Numbered from the stretch's first letter, positions 45,682 to 55,888 are shown. The stretch is DNA of 64,000 nt from Pseudomonadota bacterium (GCA_040388785.1 JAZKBD010000011.1:16401-80400); one strand, 5' to 3'. Made by a program: numbers and translations. Notes: generated by a model not told the origin, from the letters alone.

Positions 45682-47394
45682 TCATGGACGCTCGCCCAAA
45701 TAACGCCAGTAGCTCGGCGCCGGCAGCAGGATCGTGGGCGTGAAGGATTCCGCGGGTTGCTGGCCGCGCCGCAGCGTCGCCAGCGTGGGCGCATCCCAGA
45801 TGACCATCCACACGCCGCGATAAGGCTGCACCATGCGGGCGTAGCGCAAGGCGTTGGCGTCGAGGCGTTCCGGGTACGCGATGACCAGGCCGTGCGGATG
45901 CTTCGCCGCCCAGTCCTGCAGGACCTGTCCGTCGTACAAACGATCGATGGGCTTCGTCATTCGGCCGGCGAATTCGAACTGGCCGTCGTAGATGCCGAGG
46001 TTGCCGATCGCGTGGCCCTGCGCTTCGGCATGCGCCAGCAGTTGCGCGGCCGGGCGCATGTCGAACGCCGGATAGAACGCCAGCGCGAACAACGCGTAGG
46101 CGCCCGCGGTTCCGACCAGGCTGGCGCCGGCGATGCGGCGCAGCTTGCCACGGCCCGGCAGCAACAGGAACGCGCCCAGCAACAAGTACAACACGCCGAA
46201 TGGCGCGCCGACGCTCGCGCAGTCGTGCAGCCAGTGATCGTGCAGCTTGCCCGCGTTCTGCAAAAACGGCAGCGCGAACAACAGCGCGGCTGCCGCGAAC
46301 GATCCCAGTGCGAGCGGCCACGCGCCCAGCCATGCACTGTGTGATGCCCAGCCACCGCGCGTGCGCAGGAACGTGACCGCAGCCGCCATCGCGATCGCCG
46401 CCGCGACCAATTCCGGCACGAGGTAATAGCTTTGCTTGCCGCTGAACGCGCTGAAGATCAGGAACGCCGGCACCAGCCACGCCAGCAGCATCCGCAGGCC
46501 TGCCGGAAGCGGACGCCGCAGCGCGAACAGGCCGGCCCACATGCGCGGCCACAGCACGAACGGAAACGTCAGCACGAACAGCCACGGCACGTACCACCAG
46601 AACGGCCGCCTGTGGATGAAGGCATTCACGACGCGTCCGCCGGTCTGCTTGAACAGCAGGGCGTGGCTGTAGGCGCCGCCGCTCGCGTCGATGGCCGGGA
46701 TCACCCACGCAGCCAGGATGAAGCCGCCGCCGATGATCGCGGCAACGCCGAGCGCATACCAGCGCGCGCGATGTTCACGCGCATAACCGCACCACCACGG
46801 ACCGAGCAGCCATGCCGGCGCGACGTGCACCAGCATCACCGGTCCCTTGGTCAGGAAACCCAGGCCGATGCAGACGGCGAAGCCGATCCAGCGCGGTCGC
46901 GAATGTCGTGGACCGGGCACGAGACACAGCATCGCGCCCAGCACCCACACGGCCAGCAGGCCGTCGTACATGATCTGCAGGCCATACAGGAAGCCGAACG
47001 ACAGCGCCAGCAGCATCCACGGCGTGGTGCGCGCGATCCACGCGTGTTCGGGAAACAGCCGGCGCGCCAGCGATTGCGCGAGGATCAATTGCGCGGCGCC
47101 GATCAGCACCATCAGCACGCGCGGCCACACGTCGTTGACGCCGAACACCGCCCAGCCCGCGTGGATGAACCAGAACAGCAGCGGCGCCTTTTCCGAATAC
47201 GGCGCGCCGTTGATCTGCGGCACCAGGAACTGGTGGTGCACCCACATGTCCCACGCCACCGCCAGCGCGCGCGTGGAGTGCAGTGGGATCGGCGGTTGCA
47301 GGAAGATCGCGATCAGCGCGACGAGCAGATACAGCGGCAGCCACCACAACAGGGCGCGCAGATGTTCGGATCGGGCGTAGGAGGCGTCGGTCAC
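45682..47394 (-). CDS. GT39/GT83 (ArnT / PMT-like) membrane glycosyltransferase, copy 1
   Basis: Polytopic protein with the N-terminal loop motif PLHSTRALAVAWDMW..QINGAPYSEKAPLLFWFIHAGW. Only the GTG at 47394 gives a sensible N-terminus, so the start is uncertain. Confidence 0.75.
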   Translation of the reverse strand: MTDASYARSEHLRALLWWLPLYLLVALIAIFLQPPIPLHSTRALAVAWDMWVHHQFLVPQINGAPYSEKAPLLFWFIHAGWAVFGVNDVWPRVLMVLIGAAQLILAQSLARRLFPEHAWIARTTPWMLLALSFGFLYGLQIMYDGLLAVWVLGAMLCLVPGPRHSRPRWIGFAVCIGLGFLTKGPVMLVHVAPAWLLGPWWCGYAREHRARWYALGVAAIIGGGFILAAWVIPAIDASGGAYSHALLFKQTGGRVVNAFIHRRPFWWYVPWLFVLTFPFVLWPRMWAGLFALRRPLPAGLRMLLAWLVPAFLIFSAFSGKQSYYLVPELVAAAIAMAAAVTFLRTRGGWASHSAWLGAWPLALGSFAAAALLFALPFLQNAGKLHDHWLHDCASVGAPFGVLYLLLGAFLLLPGRGKLRRIAGASLVGTAGAYALFALAFYPAFDMRPAAQLLAHAEAQGHAIGNLGIYDGQFEFAGRMTKPIDRLYDGQVLQDWAAKHPHGLVIAYPERLDANALRYARMVQPYRGVWMVIWDAPTLATLRRGQQPAESFTPTILLPAPSYWRYLGERP

Positions 47395-47509
47395 AGGGAA
47401 TTTCGGTTGCGTCGCGGCGCGAGGCGGGATTGTAGCGGGGGAGCTGTCGTGAAAAGTCAGGCCACGGAGTGGTTTGGCCGTGGTGGTGTTGCTTGTCCGA
47501 AAGTGCCTG

Positions 47510-48583
47510 CTACTCCGAGTTGCTGCGTCGAAGCAGCGATCGTGGACGATCGAAAAATAAATCATGCAACGCGGCGATCACTTCACGTGGACTGATTTCG
47601 CTGACACGCGAATGTCGGGGCGGGCCGCCCAGCACGATCACCGCGCTGCCGGTCGGGCTGCGCGGGCACCACGCGTCCGGCGACTGCGCGCCGAACAACA
47701 CCACCAGCGGGCAGCCCATCGCCGCCGCGACGTGCGCGGGACCGGTGTCGACGGAAAGCATGCCGACCGCGATTTCCGCCAGCGCCATCAGCCGCCGCAG
47801 CGGCAGTTCGCGGGCGGCGACGTCGACGCCGGGCACGCCTGCATCGCGGGCGATCGCATCCAGCAATGCGGCCTCGTGCGGCGCACCGCACAACACGATG
47901 AGCGCATCGGGATGTTCGTCGCGCAGGGCGTGCAGCGCGGCGATCCAGTTTTGCGCCGGCCAGGCCTTGTCATCGTCCGCCGCGTCGCGCGGCCCGTTCC
48001 AGCGCACGCTGCGCTTGTTGAACGGCTGCACCAGCCACAGCGGTTCGCCGCGCCAGCCGCGCGCGCGCAGCCACGCGTCGCAATCGCGGCGATCGGTTTC
48101 GCGCAACGTCAAACGTGGTGCGGGAATGCCGACGGTCGCAGGTGTCTGCCACGCTTCCGTGCAGCCGGGCGGTGGCTGACCGCAACCCCGCAGCAGGCGC
48201 TCGATCCAGTGTTCGCCGGGGGCGGCCGGCGTATCGGTCAGGAACACGCATTGATCTCGTCGGACACCGGCAAGCGCGAGCATGCGGCGGATTTTTGCCA
48301 GCGCGCGCGGCTCGGTTTCGCACACGTGCACCGGCGCGCCGCGATGCCGGCGCAACGCGCGCAGCATGCGCCAGCGATCCAGACTGAAGACGAGCGGCCG
48401 ATGCCGCGCATTCACCTGCAGCACCTGCGCGACGTCCGGGTGCGCGTCGAACAGCGCCGCGCTGCACGGGCCGGTGCCGAGCAGCAGGCACGGTTCGCCG
48501 TAACCGCGGTGCAGGTGATCGAGCAACGGCGCCAGCAGCAACATGTCGCCGAGCCGGCCGAAACGGATCACGATCGGGTTCAT
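47510..48583 (-). CDS. GT9 (heptosyltransferase-family) glycosyltransferase, copy 1
   Basis: MNPIVIRFGRLGDMLLLAPLLDHL...; C-terminal ...MLSVDTGPAHVAAAMGCPLVVLFG. Confidence 0.8.
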   Translation of the reverse strand: MNPIVIRFGRLGDMLLLAPLLDHLHRGYGEPCLLLGTGPCSAALFDAHPDVAQVLQVNARHRPLVFSLDRWRMLRALRRHRGAPVHVCETEPRALAKIRRMLALAGVRRDQCVFLTDTPAAPGEHWIERLLRGCGQPPPGCTEAWQTPATVGIPAPRLTLRETDRRDCDAWLRARGWRGEPLWLVQPFNKRSVRWNGPRDAADDDKAWPAQNWIAALHALRDEHPDALIVLCGAPHEAALLDAIARDAGVPGVDVAARELPLRRLMALAEIAVGMLSVDTGPAHVAAAMGCPLVVLFGAQSPDAWCPRSPTGSAVIVLGGPPRHSRVSEISPREVIAALHDLFFDRPRSLLRRSNSE

Positions 48584-49659
48584 GCGGACGCGCTGGCCAT
48601 CACGCGGGCAGGCCTGCGCAGCGGCAACGCCCGCCATGCGGCGACCACTTCCTCGAGGCTGATCTGGTCGACGCGGCTGCGTTCGGGCAGGCCGCCCAGG
48701 GCAACGACCGGACTGCCGGTCGGACTGCGCGGCAGCCACAGCGTCGGCGGCTGCGCGCCGTACAGCACCACCAGCGGACAGCCGAGCGCCGCGGCGGCCT
48801 GCGCCGGACCGGTATCGATCGAAATCATCGCGGTCGCGTATTCGCACAAGGCCAGCAAGCGGCGCAGCGGCAATTCGTCGCCCGCCGCGAGCACGCGCGC
48901 GGAACGCGCGCCCTCGGCGATCCGCCGCAACAGCGCCGCTTCGGGTGGCGCGCCGCACAGGATGATCTTCAGATCGGGTTGGCGCGTGAGCGCCGCGCGG
49001 ATCAGTCCCGTCCAGTTGCCCAGCGGCCATTGCTTGGCGTCGCCGAGCTGGCCGGCGCGTCCGCGCTTGAGCGTGCGCTTGTTGCCGGGTTGCAACAACA
49101 GCAGCGGCGCGTCGTCAAACGCATGCGCGCGCAGCCACGCGTGCAGGTCCGTGCGATCGGCGTGTTGGAGTGCGAGGCAGGGCGCGTTGGGCGCCTGCAT
49201 CGCATCGGCCGCCGGCGCGCACCCGAAAGCCGCGGGCGTCATCGCGCCGAAGCGGTGCCAGCGATCGATCCAGTGTTCGCCCTCGCGCAGCATGCAATCC
49301 GGGTTGGCGAACACGCAGTGCTCGTCCGGGATGCATGCGCGCTGCAGCAGCCAGCGGATCTTGTCGATCGAATAATCGTCGCAGACGTACACCGGCCCGG
49401 GCGGTTGCGCGCGCAGCAACGCAACCAGTTGTCGCTGGCTTGCGTCCAGCCAGTACGGACGCTTGCGGCTGGACAGCTTGAGCGTTGCGCGCACGTCGGG
49501 GTGGCCGGCGAACAACGGCGCCAGCCAGCCACCCGAGCCCAGCACGCGGCACGCCTGCCCGTAACGGCGATGCAACAGGCGCAGCAACGGCGTCAGCAAC
49601 ACCATGTCGCCGAAGGCGCCGAAGCGGATCACGAGGGGTGCGGCGAAGGTGGGCGGCAT
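48580..49659 (-). CDS. GT9 (heptosyltransferase-family) glycosyltransferase, copy 2
   Basis: PLVIRFGAFGDMVLLTPLLRLL...; ...MISIDTGPAQAAAALGCPLVVLYG. Its stop overlaps the start of copy 1 (ATGA). Start at ATG 49659 (alternative GTG 49674). Confidence 0.8.
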   Translation of the reverse strand: MPPTFAAPLVIRFGAFGDMVLLTPLLRLLHRRYGQACRVLGSGGWLAPLFAGHPDVRATLKLSSRKRPYWLDASQRQLVALLRAQPPGPVYVCDDYSIDKIRWLLQRACIPDEHCVFANPDCMLREGEHWIDRWHRFGAMTPAAFGCAPAADAMQAPNAPCLALQHADRTDLHAWLRAHAFDDAPLLLLQPGNKRTLKRGRAGQLGDAKQWPLGNWTGLIRAALTRQPDLKIILCGAPPEAALLRRIAEGARSARVLAAGDELPLRRLLALCEYATAMISIDTGPAQAAAALGCPLVVLYGAQPPTLWLPRSPTGSPVVALGGLPERSRVDQISLEEVVAAWRALPLRRPARVMASASA

Positions 49660-49760
49660 GACGGTCTCGGGCACGATCGGGCAGTGTCGCGGGCTTGCCT
49701 GTCGCCGACCTTTCCGGCGGGCCCGTTACACTCGGCACGATAGCGCCATTCGACTTGACC

Positions 49761-50549
49761 ATGTCCGAACGCCCCCGCATCTCGGCCTGCGTGATCACCT
49801 TGAACGAGGCCGATCGCATCGGCGATTGCCTCGCTTCATTGGCGTTCTGCGACGACGCCGTGGTGGTCGATTCGGGTTCGACCGATGGCACCCGCGACAT
49901 CGCCGCCGCGCATGGCGCGCGCGTGATCGAGCATCCGTTCGAAGGCTTTCGCGCGCAGAAGGCCTTCGCGGTATCACAGGCGCGCCACGATTGGGTGCTG
50001 TGCCTGGATGCCGACGAGCGGGTGACGCCGGCGCTGCGCGCCTCCATCGAAGCCGCGCGCGACGCGGGTTTCGCCGATGCTGCCGGCTATCGCTTCGCGC
50101 GCGCGACCGAATACTTCGGTGAGTTCCTGCGCCACGGCAACGCCTATCCCGATCGCGTGCTGCGCCTGTTCGACCGGCGCCGTGGGGGCTGGCGCGCGGG
50201 GCGCGAAATCCACGAACACGCCGTTATCGACGGACGGGTCGTGACGCTTGCGGGCGACCTGGAGCACGTCGCCTATCGTTCACTGGACGACCAGCTTGCG
50301 CGTTACCGCCGCTACGCCGCGATGATGGCCGAACACATGCACGCCGCCGGGCGCCGCGCGCACCTGCACAATCTCGTGCTCAATCCATTCTGGCGCTTCC
50401 TCCGCGGTTACCTGCTGCGGGCGGGCTTCGTGGATGGCTGGCGCGGCTTCCTGTTCGCCTGCATGGAAGCCGACTACGTGCGCGAAAAATTCGCGCGGCT
50501 GTGGCTGTTGCAACATGCCGCAGACAGCCGGAATGGCAACGTGGAGTGA
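49761..50549 (+). CDS. GT2-family glycosyltransferase (LPS core type)
   Basis: ISACVITLNEADRIGDCLASLAFCDDAVVVDSGSTDGTRDIAAAHGARVI...WVLCLDADERV (DxD). Confidence 0.85.
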   Translation: MSERPRISACVITLNEADRIGDCLASLAFCDDAVVVDSGSTDGTRDIAAAHGARVIEHPFEGFRAQKAFAVSQARHDWVLCLDADERVTPALRASIEAARDAGFADAAGYRFARATEYFGEFLRHGNAYPDRVLRLFDRRRGGWRAGREIHEHAVIDGRVVTLAGDLEHVAYRSLDDQLARYRRYAAMMAEHMHAAGRRAHLHNLVLNPFWRFLRGYLLRAGFVDGWRGFLFACMEADYVREKFARLWLLQHAADSRNGNVE

Positions 50550-50592
50550 GGCGTCGCGCCATGCGCTCGGCAAAGGCAGGCTGACCCGCGCA

Positions 50593-51579
50593 TCAAGTCA
50601 GCGCGCGAATCGATTCCGCGATGCGGGTTCGGAAGGCGCGGTCGTTGTCCTCGAACCACGCGCGCGCGGCTGCGCCCATGCGTTCGAGCTCGGCGTCGGA
50701 TGTCGCCAGCAGACGCTCGATCACGCTTTCCAGAACGGCTTCGTCGTAGAAATACGTGGTCGCAAGGCTCTGCCTGCCGGTGCGCGAATACGGAATCAGC
50801 GCGCCGCGAGCGGGCGTGATCATCTCGTTCATCGGCGGCGCATCGAGCGTCGCCACCACCGCACCGATGCCCATGGCCTCAACCAGGTAATGTCCGAAGC
50901 CTTCCGTTTCGGAAGGGCACAGGTGAAAGCGGTGCGCGTTCTGGATGCGCCGCAACTCGTCGTCGGGAATGTAGTCGACGCGATGCTCGATGTTCGCGGC
51001 CCGCACCACTTCGCCCGCGCTGCGCGGACTTTGCAACACCATGAGGCGCGGCCATTCGGGGTGGCGGCGCCAGGTGGCGAGCAGCGTCGCGGTGCCCTTG
51101 TTGGCGCTGCGGCCCGCAAGATGGAAGAACGCCCGCTCGCGCGGGATGGAAACCTCGCGTCGGTCTTCGCTGGTGAAGCCCGTGTACTCCGCACGCAGGC
51201 CGAGAGATTCGAAAATCGGCTTGGCGTGGCGCGTCAGCACGAACGCGCGATCGAGGCGCGGCAGCCACGCGCGGTCGCGCTCGTCGAACCACTCCGGATG
51301 CGGCAGCAGCACATTGCGGCGGGCGGTGGCGAGATACTCCGGGCGCACGCGCTCCAGCATCAGGTTGACGTCCCAGCGTGGCGCGGCGCGGCCGGCTATC
51401 CGGCGCGCGAGCGTTTGCGCCCGCAGGCTCACGGGATGCCAGGCCTTGCGCAGCGCGCCGCGGCGGATGCCGCTGACCGTCACGTCTAATCCGGACTCGT
51501 CCAGCACGCCGCGCAGCAGGCGCAAGTGCTGGCTGAGCCCGAACCCGTTGTCGCGCGCGATCAGGTTGACCCGGATCAT
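50593..51579 (-). CDS. GT1/GT4-family glycosyltransferase, copy 1
   Basis: FHLCPSETEGFGHYLVEAMGIGAVVATLDAPPMNEMI (EX7E region). Confidence 0.8.
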   Translation of the reverse strand: MIRVNLIARDNGFGLSQHLRLLRGVLDESGLDVTVSGIRRGALRKAWHPVSLRAQTLARRIAGRAAPRWDVNLMLERVRPEYLATARRNVLLPHPEWFDERDRAWLPRLDRAFVLTRHAKPIFESLGLRAEYTGFTSEDRREVSIPRERAFFHLAGRSANKGTATLLATWRRHPEWPRLMVLQSPRSAGEVVRAANIEHRVDYIPDDELRRIQNAHRFHLCPSETEGFGHYLVEAMGIGAVVATLDAPPMNEMITPARGALIPYSRTGRQSLATTYFYDEAVLESVIERLLATSDAELERMGAAARAWFEDNDRAFRTRIAESIRALT

Positions 51580-52595
51580 GTCCGCGCCACCATGCCGCGC
51601 AGCGCAGCGTCGAGGCGCGCGGGAAATGCCGCGTGCTCGGATTCGTACCAGGCACGCGCGGCCGCACCCATGGCCGCGCAGCGCGCATCGTCGGTCGCGA
51701 GCGCCCGTGCGATCGCCGCTTCCATCGCGGCATCATCGAAGTGATACGTGGTCGCGAGATGCTGCGTCCCGGTGCGCGAATACGGAACCAGGATGCCGCA
51801 TTCGGGCGTGATCATTTCGTTCATCGGCGGCGCATCCAGCGTGATCACCACCGCGCCGACGCTCATCGCCTCGACGACGTAATGGCCGAAGCCCTCGGTT
51901 TCGGACGGACACAGGTGGAAAAGATGCGCATTCTGCAGGCGCTTCAATTCGGCTTCGTCGAGATAGCCGATGCGGTGTTCGATGTTCGCCGCCGGCGCGC
52001 CGGGCTTTGCTTCGCCCGGATGTTGCACCACGGTCAGGCGTGGCCATTCGGGATGGCGTCGCCACAGCGCCAGCAGCGGTTCGGTGTTCTTGGTGCGACT
52101 GGACCCGGCGAGGTGGAAAAACGCACGTTCGCGCGGCACCGACGTGTCGCGTCGATCGTCGCTGGTGAATCCGATGCACAGCGCGCGGCAACCCTGGGCC
52201 GCGAACACCCGCTGCGCTTCGCGCGTCTTCGCGAGCACCAGGTCGATGCGTCCCAATGCTTCCATGTCGCGCGGCAGGAACCATTCCGGGTGCGGCAGCA
52301 GCACGCGATGGCGCGCATCGTCCAGGAATGCCGGTGCGATGTGTTCCTCCATCAACACGAAATCGTACGGCGGCGGCAAGCCGCGGCGCCGCCTTTGCGC
52401 GAGTTGCCGCGCATGCCATGGGCCCTTCGTGCGCTGGATCAATCCGGGAAGGCCCCCGCGCCGGCGCGTATTGGTGAAGTGCACCCGGTAGCCGCGCGCG
52501 CGCAAAGTTTCAGCCAGCAGGCGCAAATCACGCGACAGCCCGACGCCATTGTCGAAACCGAGCAGGTGCACCGACAGGAGCGTCGAATCAGTCAT
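51576..52595 (-). CDS. GT1/GT4-family glycosyltransferase, copy 2
   Basis: FHLCPSETEGFGHYVVEAMSVGAVVITLDAPPMNEMI. It is strongly similar to copy 1 over the C-terminal half. It has a 4-nt overlap with copy 1. Start at ATG 52595 (alternative 52628). Confidence 0.8.
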   Translation of the reverse strand: MTDSTLLSVHLLGFDNGVGLSRDLRLLAETLRARGYRVHFTNTRRRGGLPGLIQRTKGPWHARQLAQRRRRGLPPPYDFVLMEEHIAPAFLDDARHRVLLPHPEWFLPRDMEALGRIDLVLAKTREAQRVFAAQGCRALCIGFTSDDRRDTSVPRERAFFHLAGSSRTKNTEPLLALWRRHPEWPRLTVVQHPGEAKPGAPAANIEHRIGYLDEAELKRLQNAHLFHLCPSETEGFGHYVVEAMSVGAVVITLDAPPMNEMITPECGILVPYSRTGTQHLATTYHFDDAAMEAAIARALATDDARCAAMGAAARAWYESEHAAFPARLDAALRGMVART

Positions 52596-54342
52596 CGGGT
52601 TCGAGGGCGCCGAATTGTCCTGCATCATCGCTCCTCGGCGGTACGCAGCCCGGCACCACGGCGCTGCGGTTGAAGACGTACCATTCGCGGCGGTTGGCGT
52701 GGCCCACGTGAATGGCATCGCCCATCCTCACGCACGGCGCCAGCACCTTGCCGTAGGCGAAGATCCAGCGATGCGCGGGGTCTTCCGCCTGCCAGGCGAG
52801 CGCTTGCTGCAACTGTGCGTGCCATGCGAGTTTGAAGCCGAAGTTGACGGTGTCGCGGCCCAGCATGTCCAGCATCAAAAGGTTTTGTTCCTTCCACGCC
52901 ACCAGCGCGATCGGATCGCCTGCGGGCACGAGGCTCGCGGTGCGCGCCATCACCGCGCGCGCCGACGAATAGCCGTTGAGCAGCGGATAAGCGGCCAGGC
53001 CCCACGCGCCCCACGCGACCAGCGCAAACGCCGCCCACGCCCACAACGCGTGATGCGGCCGCGCGATCAACGCGATCGCGATGCCGGCGGCACCGATGCC
53101 GATGATCATCGCGACCAGCGGTGCCGGCGAGCCGTCTAGCGCCGACGCGGCCAGGGTGAGCAGCTTGTGCGCATGGCCCGCATGCATCGCGATGCCGGTG
53201 GTCAGCAGCACCAGCGCCAGCAGCAGCGTCAAGCCCCACAACGCGCCGCGGAACGAGGCCGAGCGCATGATGTCCGGCAGCAGCGGAGCAAGCGCGATTG
53301 CCGTGATCGGCAACGCGGGCAGGATGTACACGTCGCGCTTGCCGCCGCTCAGCGAAAAGAAGATCACCACCAGCACCACCCATGTCAGCGGCAGCAGCGT
53401 GCGCGCGTCGCGGTTTTGCAGGGCGCGTCTCCAGCCCGGCAGCGCCCACGGGATCGCCAGCGACAGTGGCAGCCACTCGAACGCGATCACCGGCAGATAG
53501 AACCACCACGGATGGATGTGGTGCGAGGGTTCGGCATAGCGCGAAACGGTCTGGCCCAGAAGAATGTCGTGCGCGTAGCGCGCATACGCCGCGTCACCCG
53601 CGTGCACGTGCAGCGCCGACCACAACATCGGCAGCGCCCAGCCGAGCACGGGCACGACGAACAGCAGCGCCAGCCACCAGCGCGCGTTCCACTGCTGCGC
53701 GGGCAACACGCCGTTCCAACCGCGCGCACGTGCGAACCAGAACGGCAGGAACAGCAGCAGCGCGATCACGCCGACACCCTTGGTGATCACGCCCAGGCCT
53801 GCCGCGAGGAAGCCGATCGCGTACCAGCGCCAGGCGGGGCCGAGCAGCAGGTGGCGCAGCAGGCCGTACATCGCCAGCGCGATCCAGAACACTTCCACGC
53901 CGTCGATCTGCGCGCCGCGCATCTGGAAGGTGAAATCGAAACTCACCAGCACCGCGGCGGCGCCGAGCAATGCCGCGCGGTGGTTGCATTGACGGCGCAC
54001 CAAGTCGTACACCAGCGCGATGGTTCCGAGTCCCGCCAGCAGCGATGGCAACAGGAATGCGCCGCGCCAGCCACCCGTCAGGAAATACGCGCAGGCTTCC
54101 AGCCATATGAACATCGGCGGCTTGTCGGAATACAACTCGACGCCGCGGTGCGGAAACAGCCATTGCCCGCTCGCAAGCATTTCGTGCGCGACCAGCGCGA
54201 AACGCGGCTCGTCCGACGGCCACGGATCACGCAAGCCGATACCAAGGCCCAGCAGCAACAGCGCGAACGCGAACAGCAGCGCGAGCTGCACGCGTTCGTC
54301 GTCGAGCCAGCGGCGTGGCGATGGGGCGGGCGATACGTTCAT
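52588..54342 (-). CDS. GT39/GT83 (ArnT / PMT-like) membrane glycosyltransferase, copy 2
   Basis: LRDPWPSDEPRFALVAHEMLASGQWLFPHRGVELYSDKPPMFIWLEACAYF followed by a polytopic body. Start at ATG 54342. Its stop overlaps the next gene's start by 8 nt. Confidence 0.8.
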   Translation of the reverse strand: MNVSPAPSPRRWLDDERVQLALLFAFALLLLGLGIGLRDPWPSDEPRFALVAHEMLASGQWLFPHRGVELYSDKPPMFIWLEACAYFLTGGWRGAFLLPSLLAGLGTIALVYDLVRRQCNHRAALLGAAAVLVSFDFTFQMRGAQIDGVEVFWIALAMYGLLRHLLLGPAWRWYAIGFLAAGLGVITKGVGVIALLLFLPFWFARARGWNGVLPAQQWNARWWLALLFVVPVLGWALPMLWSALHVHAGDAAYARYAHDILLGQTVSRYAEPSHHIHPWWFYLPVIAFEWLPLSLAIPWALPGWRRALQNRDARTLLPLTWVVLVVIFFSLSGGKRDVYILPALPITAIALAPLLPDIMRSASFRGALWGLTLLLALVLLTTGIAMHAGHAHKLLTLAASALDGSPAPLVAMIIGIGAAGIAIALIARPHHALWAWAAFALVAWGAWGLAAYPLLNGYSSARAVMARTASLVPAGDPIALVAWKEQNLLMLDMLGRDTVNFGFKLAWHAQLQQALAWQAEDPAHRWIFAYGKVLAPCVRMGDAIHVGHANRREWYVFNRSAVVPGCVPPRSDDAGQFGALEPDD

Positions 54343-54448
54343 CGCGCCGATTGTATGGGCGCCGCCGGTTTTCACCCCCTTCGCTTGCGAAGGGGCCGCG
54401 AGCCGAAGGCGAGTGGGGGATGGCTGGTGCAGAACAAACAACATCCCC

Positions 54449-54477
54449 GCCATGGCCTGTCTGCAGCAGGCCATGGC
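54449..54477 (-). terminator. Possible intrinsic terminator downstream of rsmB
   Basis: gccatggcctg-tctgcag-caggccatggc forms an 11-bp stem. On the minus strand it is followed by GGGGA, then TGTTGTTTGTTCT. The T-rich tract is not contiguous with the stem, so confidence is low. Confidence 0.35.
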
Positions 54478-54504
54478 GACCCTTCCTGCGGGAAGGTGGA
54501 GCTT

Positions 54505-55806
54505 TCAGACCTTTTCGAGCACCGCGTAGAACATGCCATCCAGGCCGCCTTCGCCCGGCAGGATTTGCCGGCCGGCACCAGCTGCGTGTCCGGCAGCCAG
54601 GTCGCACGAATCGGGTCGCGCATCCGCGTGTGCTTCGAGAAAGGCGCCGACGACGCGCTCGTTTTCTTCGCGCAGCACCGAACAGCTGGCGTAAACCAGC
54701 CGGCCACCGCGCGCCAGCAAGGGCCACAGCGCCGCGAGCAGCCGCGACTGTTCGCGCGCGAGTTGCGCGATGTCGCCCGCGCGGCGGTGCAGCTTGATGT
54801 CGGGATGGCGGCGGATCACGCCGGTGGCGGAGCAGGGCGCGTCCAGCAGGATGCGGTCGAACGGCTGGTGGTCCCACCACTTCGATGGATCGCCCGCGTC
54901 GCCTGTTTGCACGTCGCCGTGCAAACCGAGCCGTTCGAAGTTCGCGCGGATCACGCCGGCACGCCGTGCATCCGCATCGAGCGCGACGAGTTGCAGGTCG
55001 GCGCGCTCCAGCATGTGGCAGGCCTTGCCGCCGGGCGCCGCGCAGGCATCCAGCGCGCGCAAGCCGTCGCGCAGTTCCATGAGGTCGGTGGCGCATTGCG
55101 CGGCGCCGTCCTGCACCGAGAAATGGCCTTCCGCGAAACCGGACAGGCGCGTCACGTCGGTGCTCGCAGCCAGCACGATGCCGTCACGGAGGAAGGCGTG
55201 CGGCTTCGCCTCGATGGCCTTCTGCGCCAGCGCTGCCAGCATCCGCTCGCGCGTCGTGCGCCGCGCATTGATGCGCAGCATGGGCGGCGACGGCGCGTTG
55301 TTCGCGGCGAGGATCGCAGCGACGTGTTCCGGCCAGTCGCGCGCCAGCGCGTCGATCAGCCAGCGCGGATGCGCGCTGCGCGTGACGGCGTCGCGATCGA
55401 GCTGCACGTTGAGGGAATCGCGTTCGCGCGACCAGCGCCGCAGTACCGCATTGGCGAGTTTCGCGAAACCGCCGCGTCCCAGCGCGCGCGTGGCTTCGAC
55501 CGTTGCAGCGACCGCCGCGTGCGGCGGCAGTTGCAGGATTTCCGATTGCGCAAGGCCGAGCACCAGCAACGCGTGCAACACGGGTTCGCGCTTGCGCAGC
55601 GGCTGCTGCAGCAGCCCGTCGAGCGCCTTGTCGAAGCGCAGCCACCAGCGCGCGCCCTCGTTGCAAAGCGCGGTGAGGAAGGCGCGGTCGCGCGGATCGG
55701 CCAGCTTCGATTGCGCCGGCCGTAGCTGTTCGCGCAGGGAATTGCCATGCAGCGCGACCGCCGCGAGGACTTCCGCCGCCAGCGCGCGGGCGTCAGAGGC
55801 AACCAT
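54505..55806 (-). CDS. rsmB: 16S rRNA (cytosine967-C5)-methyltransferase
   Basis: An N-terminal NusB-like region is followed by a SAM methyltransferase domain (LDACAAPGGKACH, ILLDAPCSATGVIRRHPD, LVYASCS). It sits in the conserved rsmB-fmt-def context. Confidence 0.9.
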   Translation of the reverse strand: MVASDARALAAEVLAAVALHGNSLREQLRPAQSKLADPRDRAFLTALCNEGARWWLRFDKALDGLLQQPLRKREPVLHALLVLGLAQSEILQLPPHAAVAATVEATRALGRGGFAKLANAVLRRWSRERDSLNVQLDRDAVTRSAHPRWLIDALARDWPEHVAAILAANNAPSPPMLRINARRTTRERMLAALAQKAIEAKPHAFLRDGIVLAASTDVTRLSGFAEGHFSVQDGAAQCATDLMELRDGLRALDACAAPGGKACHMLERADLQLVALDADARRAGVIRANFERLGLHGDVQTGDAGDPSKWWDHQPFDRILLDAPCSATGVIRRHPDIKLHRRAGDIAQLAREQSRLLAALWPLLARGGRLVYASCSVLREENERVVGAFLEAHADARPDSCDLAAGHAAGAGRQILPGEGGLDGMFYAVLEKV

Positions 55807-55831
55807 ATGCAGCAGGTTCGATCGGGAATTT

Positions 55832-55859
55832 CGTCATTCCGGCGCAGGCCGGAATCCAT
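55832..55859. repeat. REP-like hairpin element, copy 1
   Basis: cgtcattccggcgcaggccggaatccat, with internal stem ttccggc/gccggaa. Confidence 0.6.
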
Positions 55860-55888
55860 TTGCTGTTGGTTCGCCCTCGAAGATCAAA

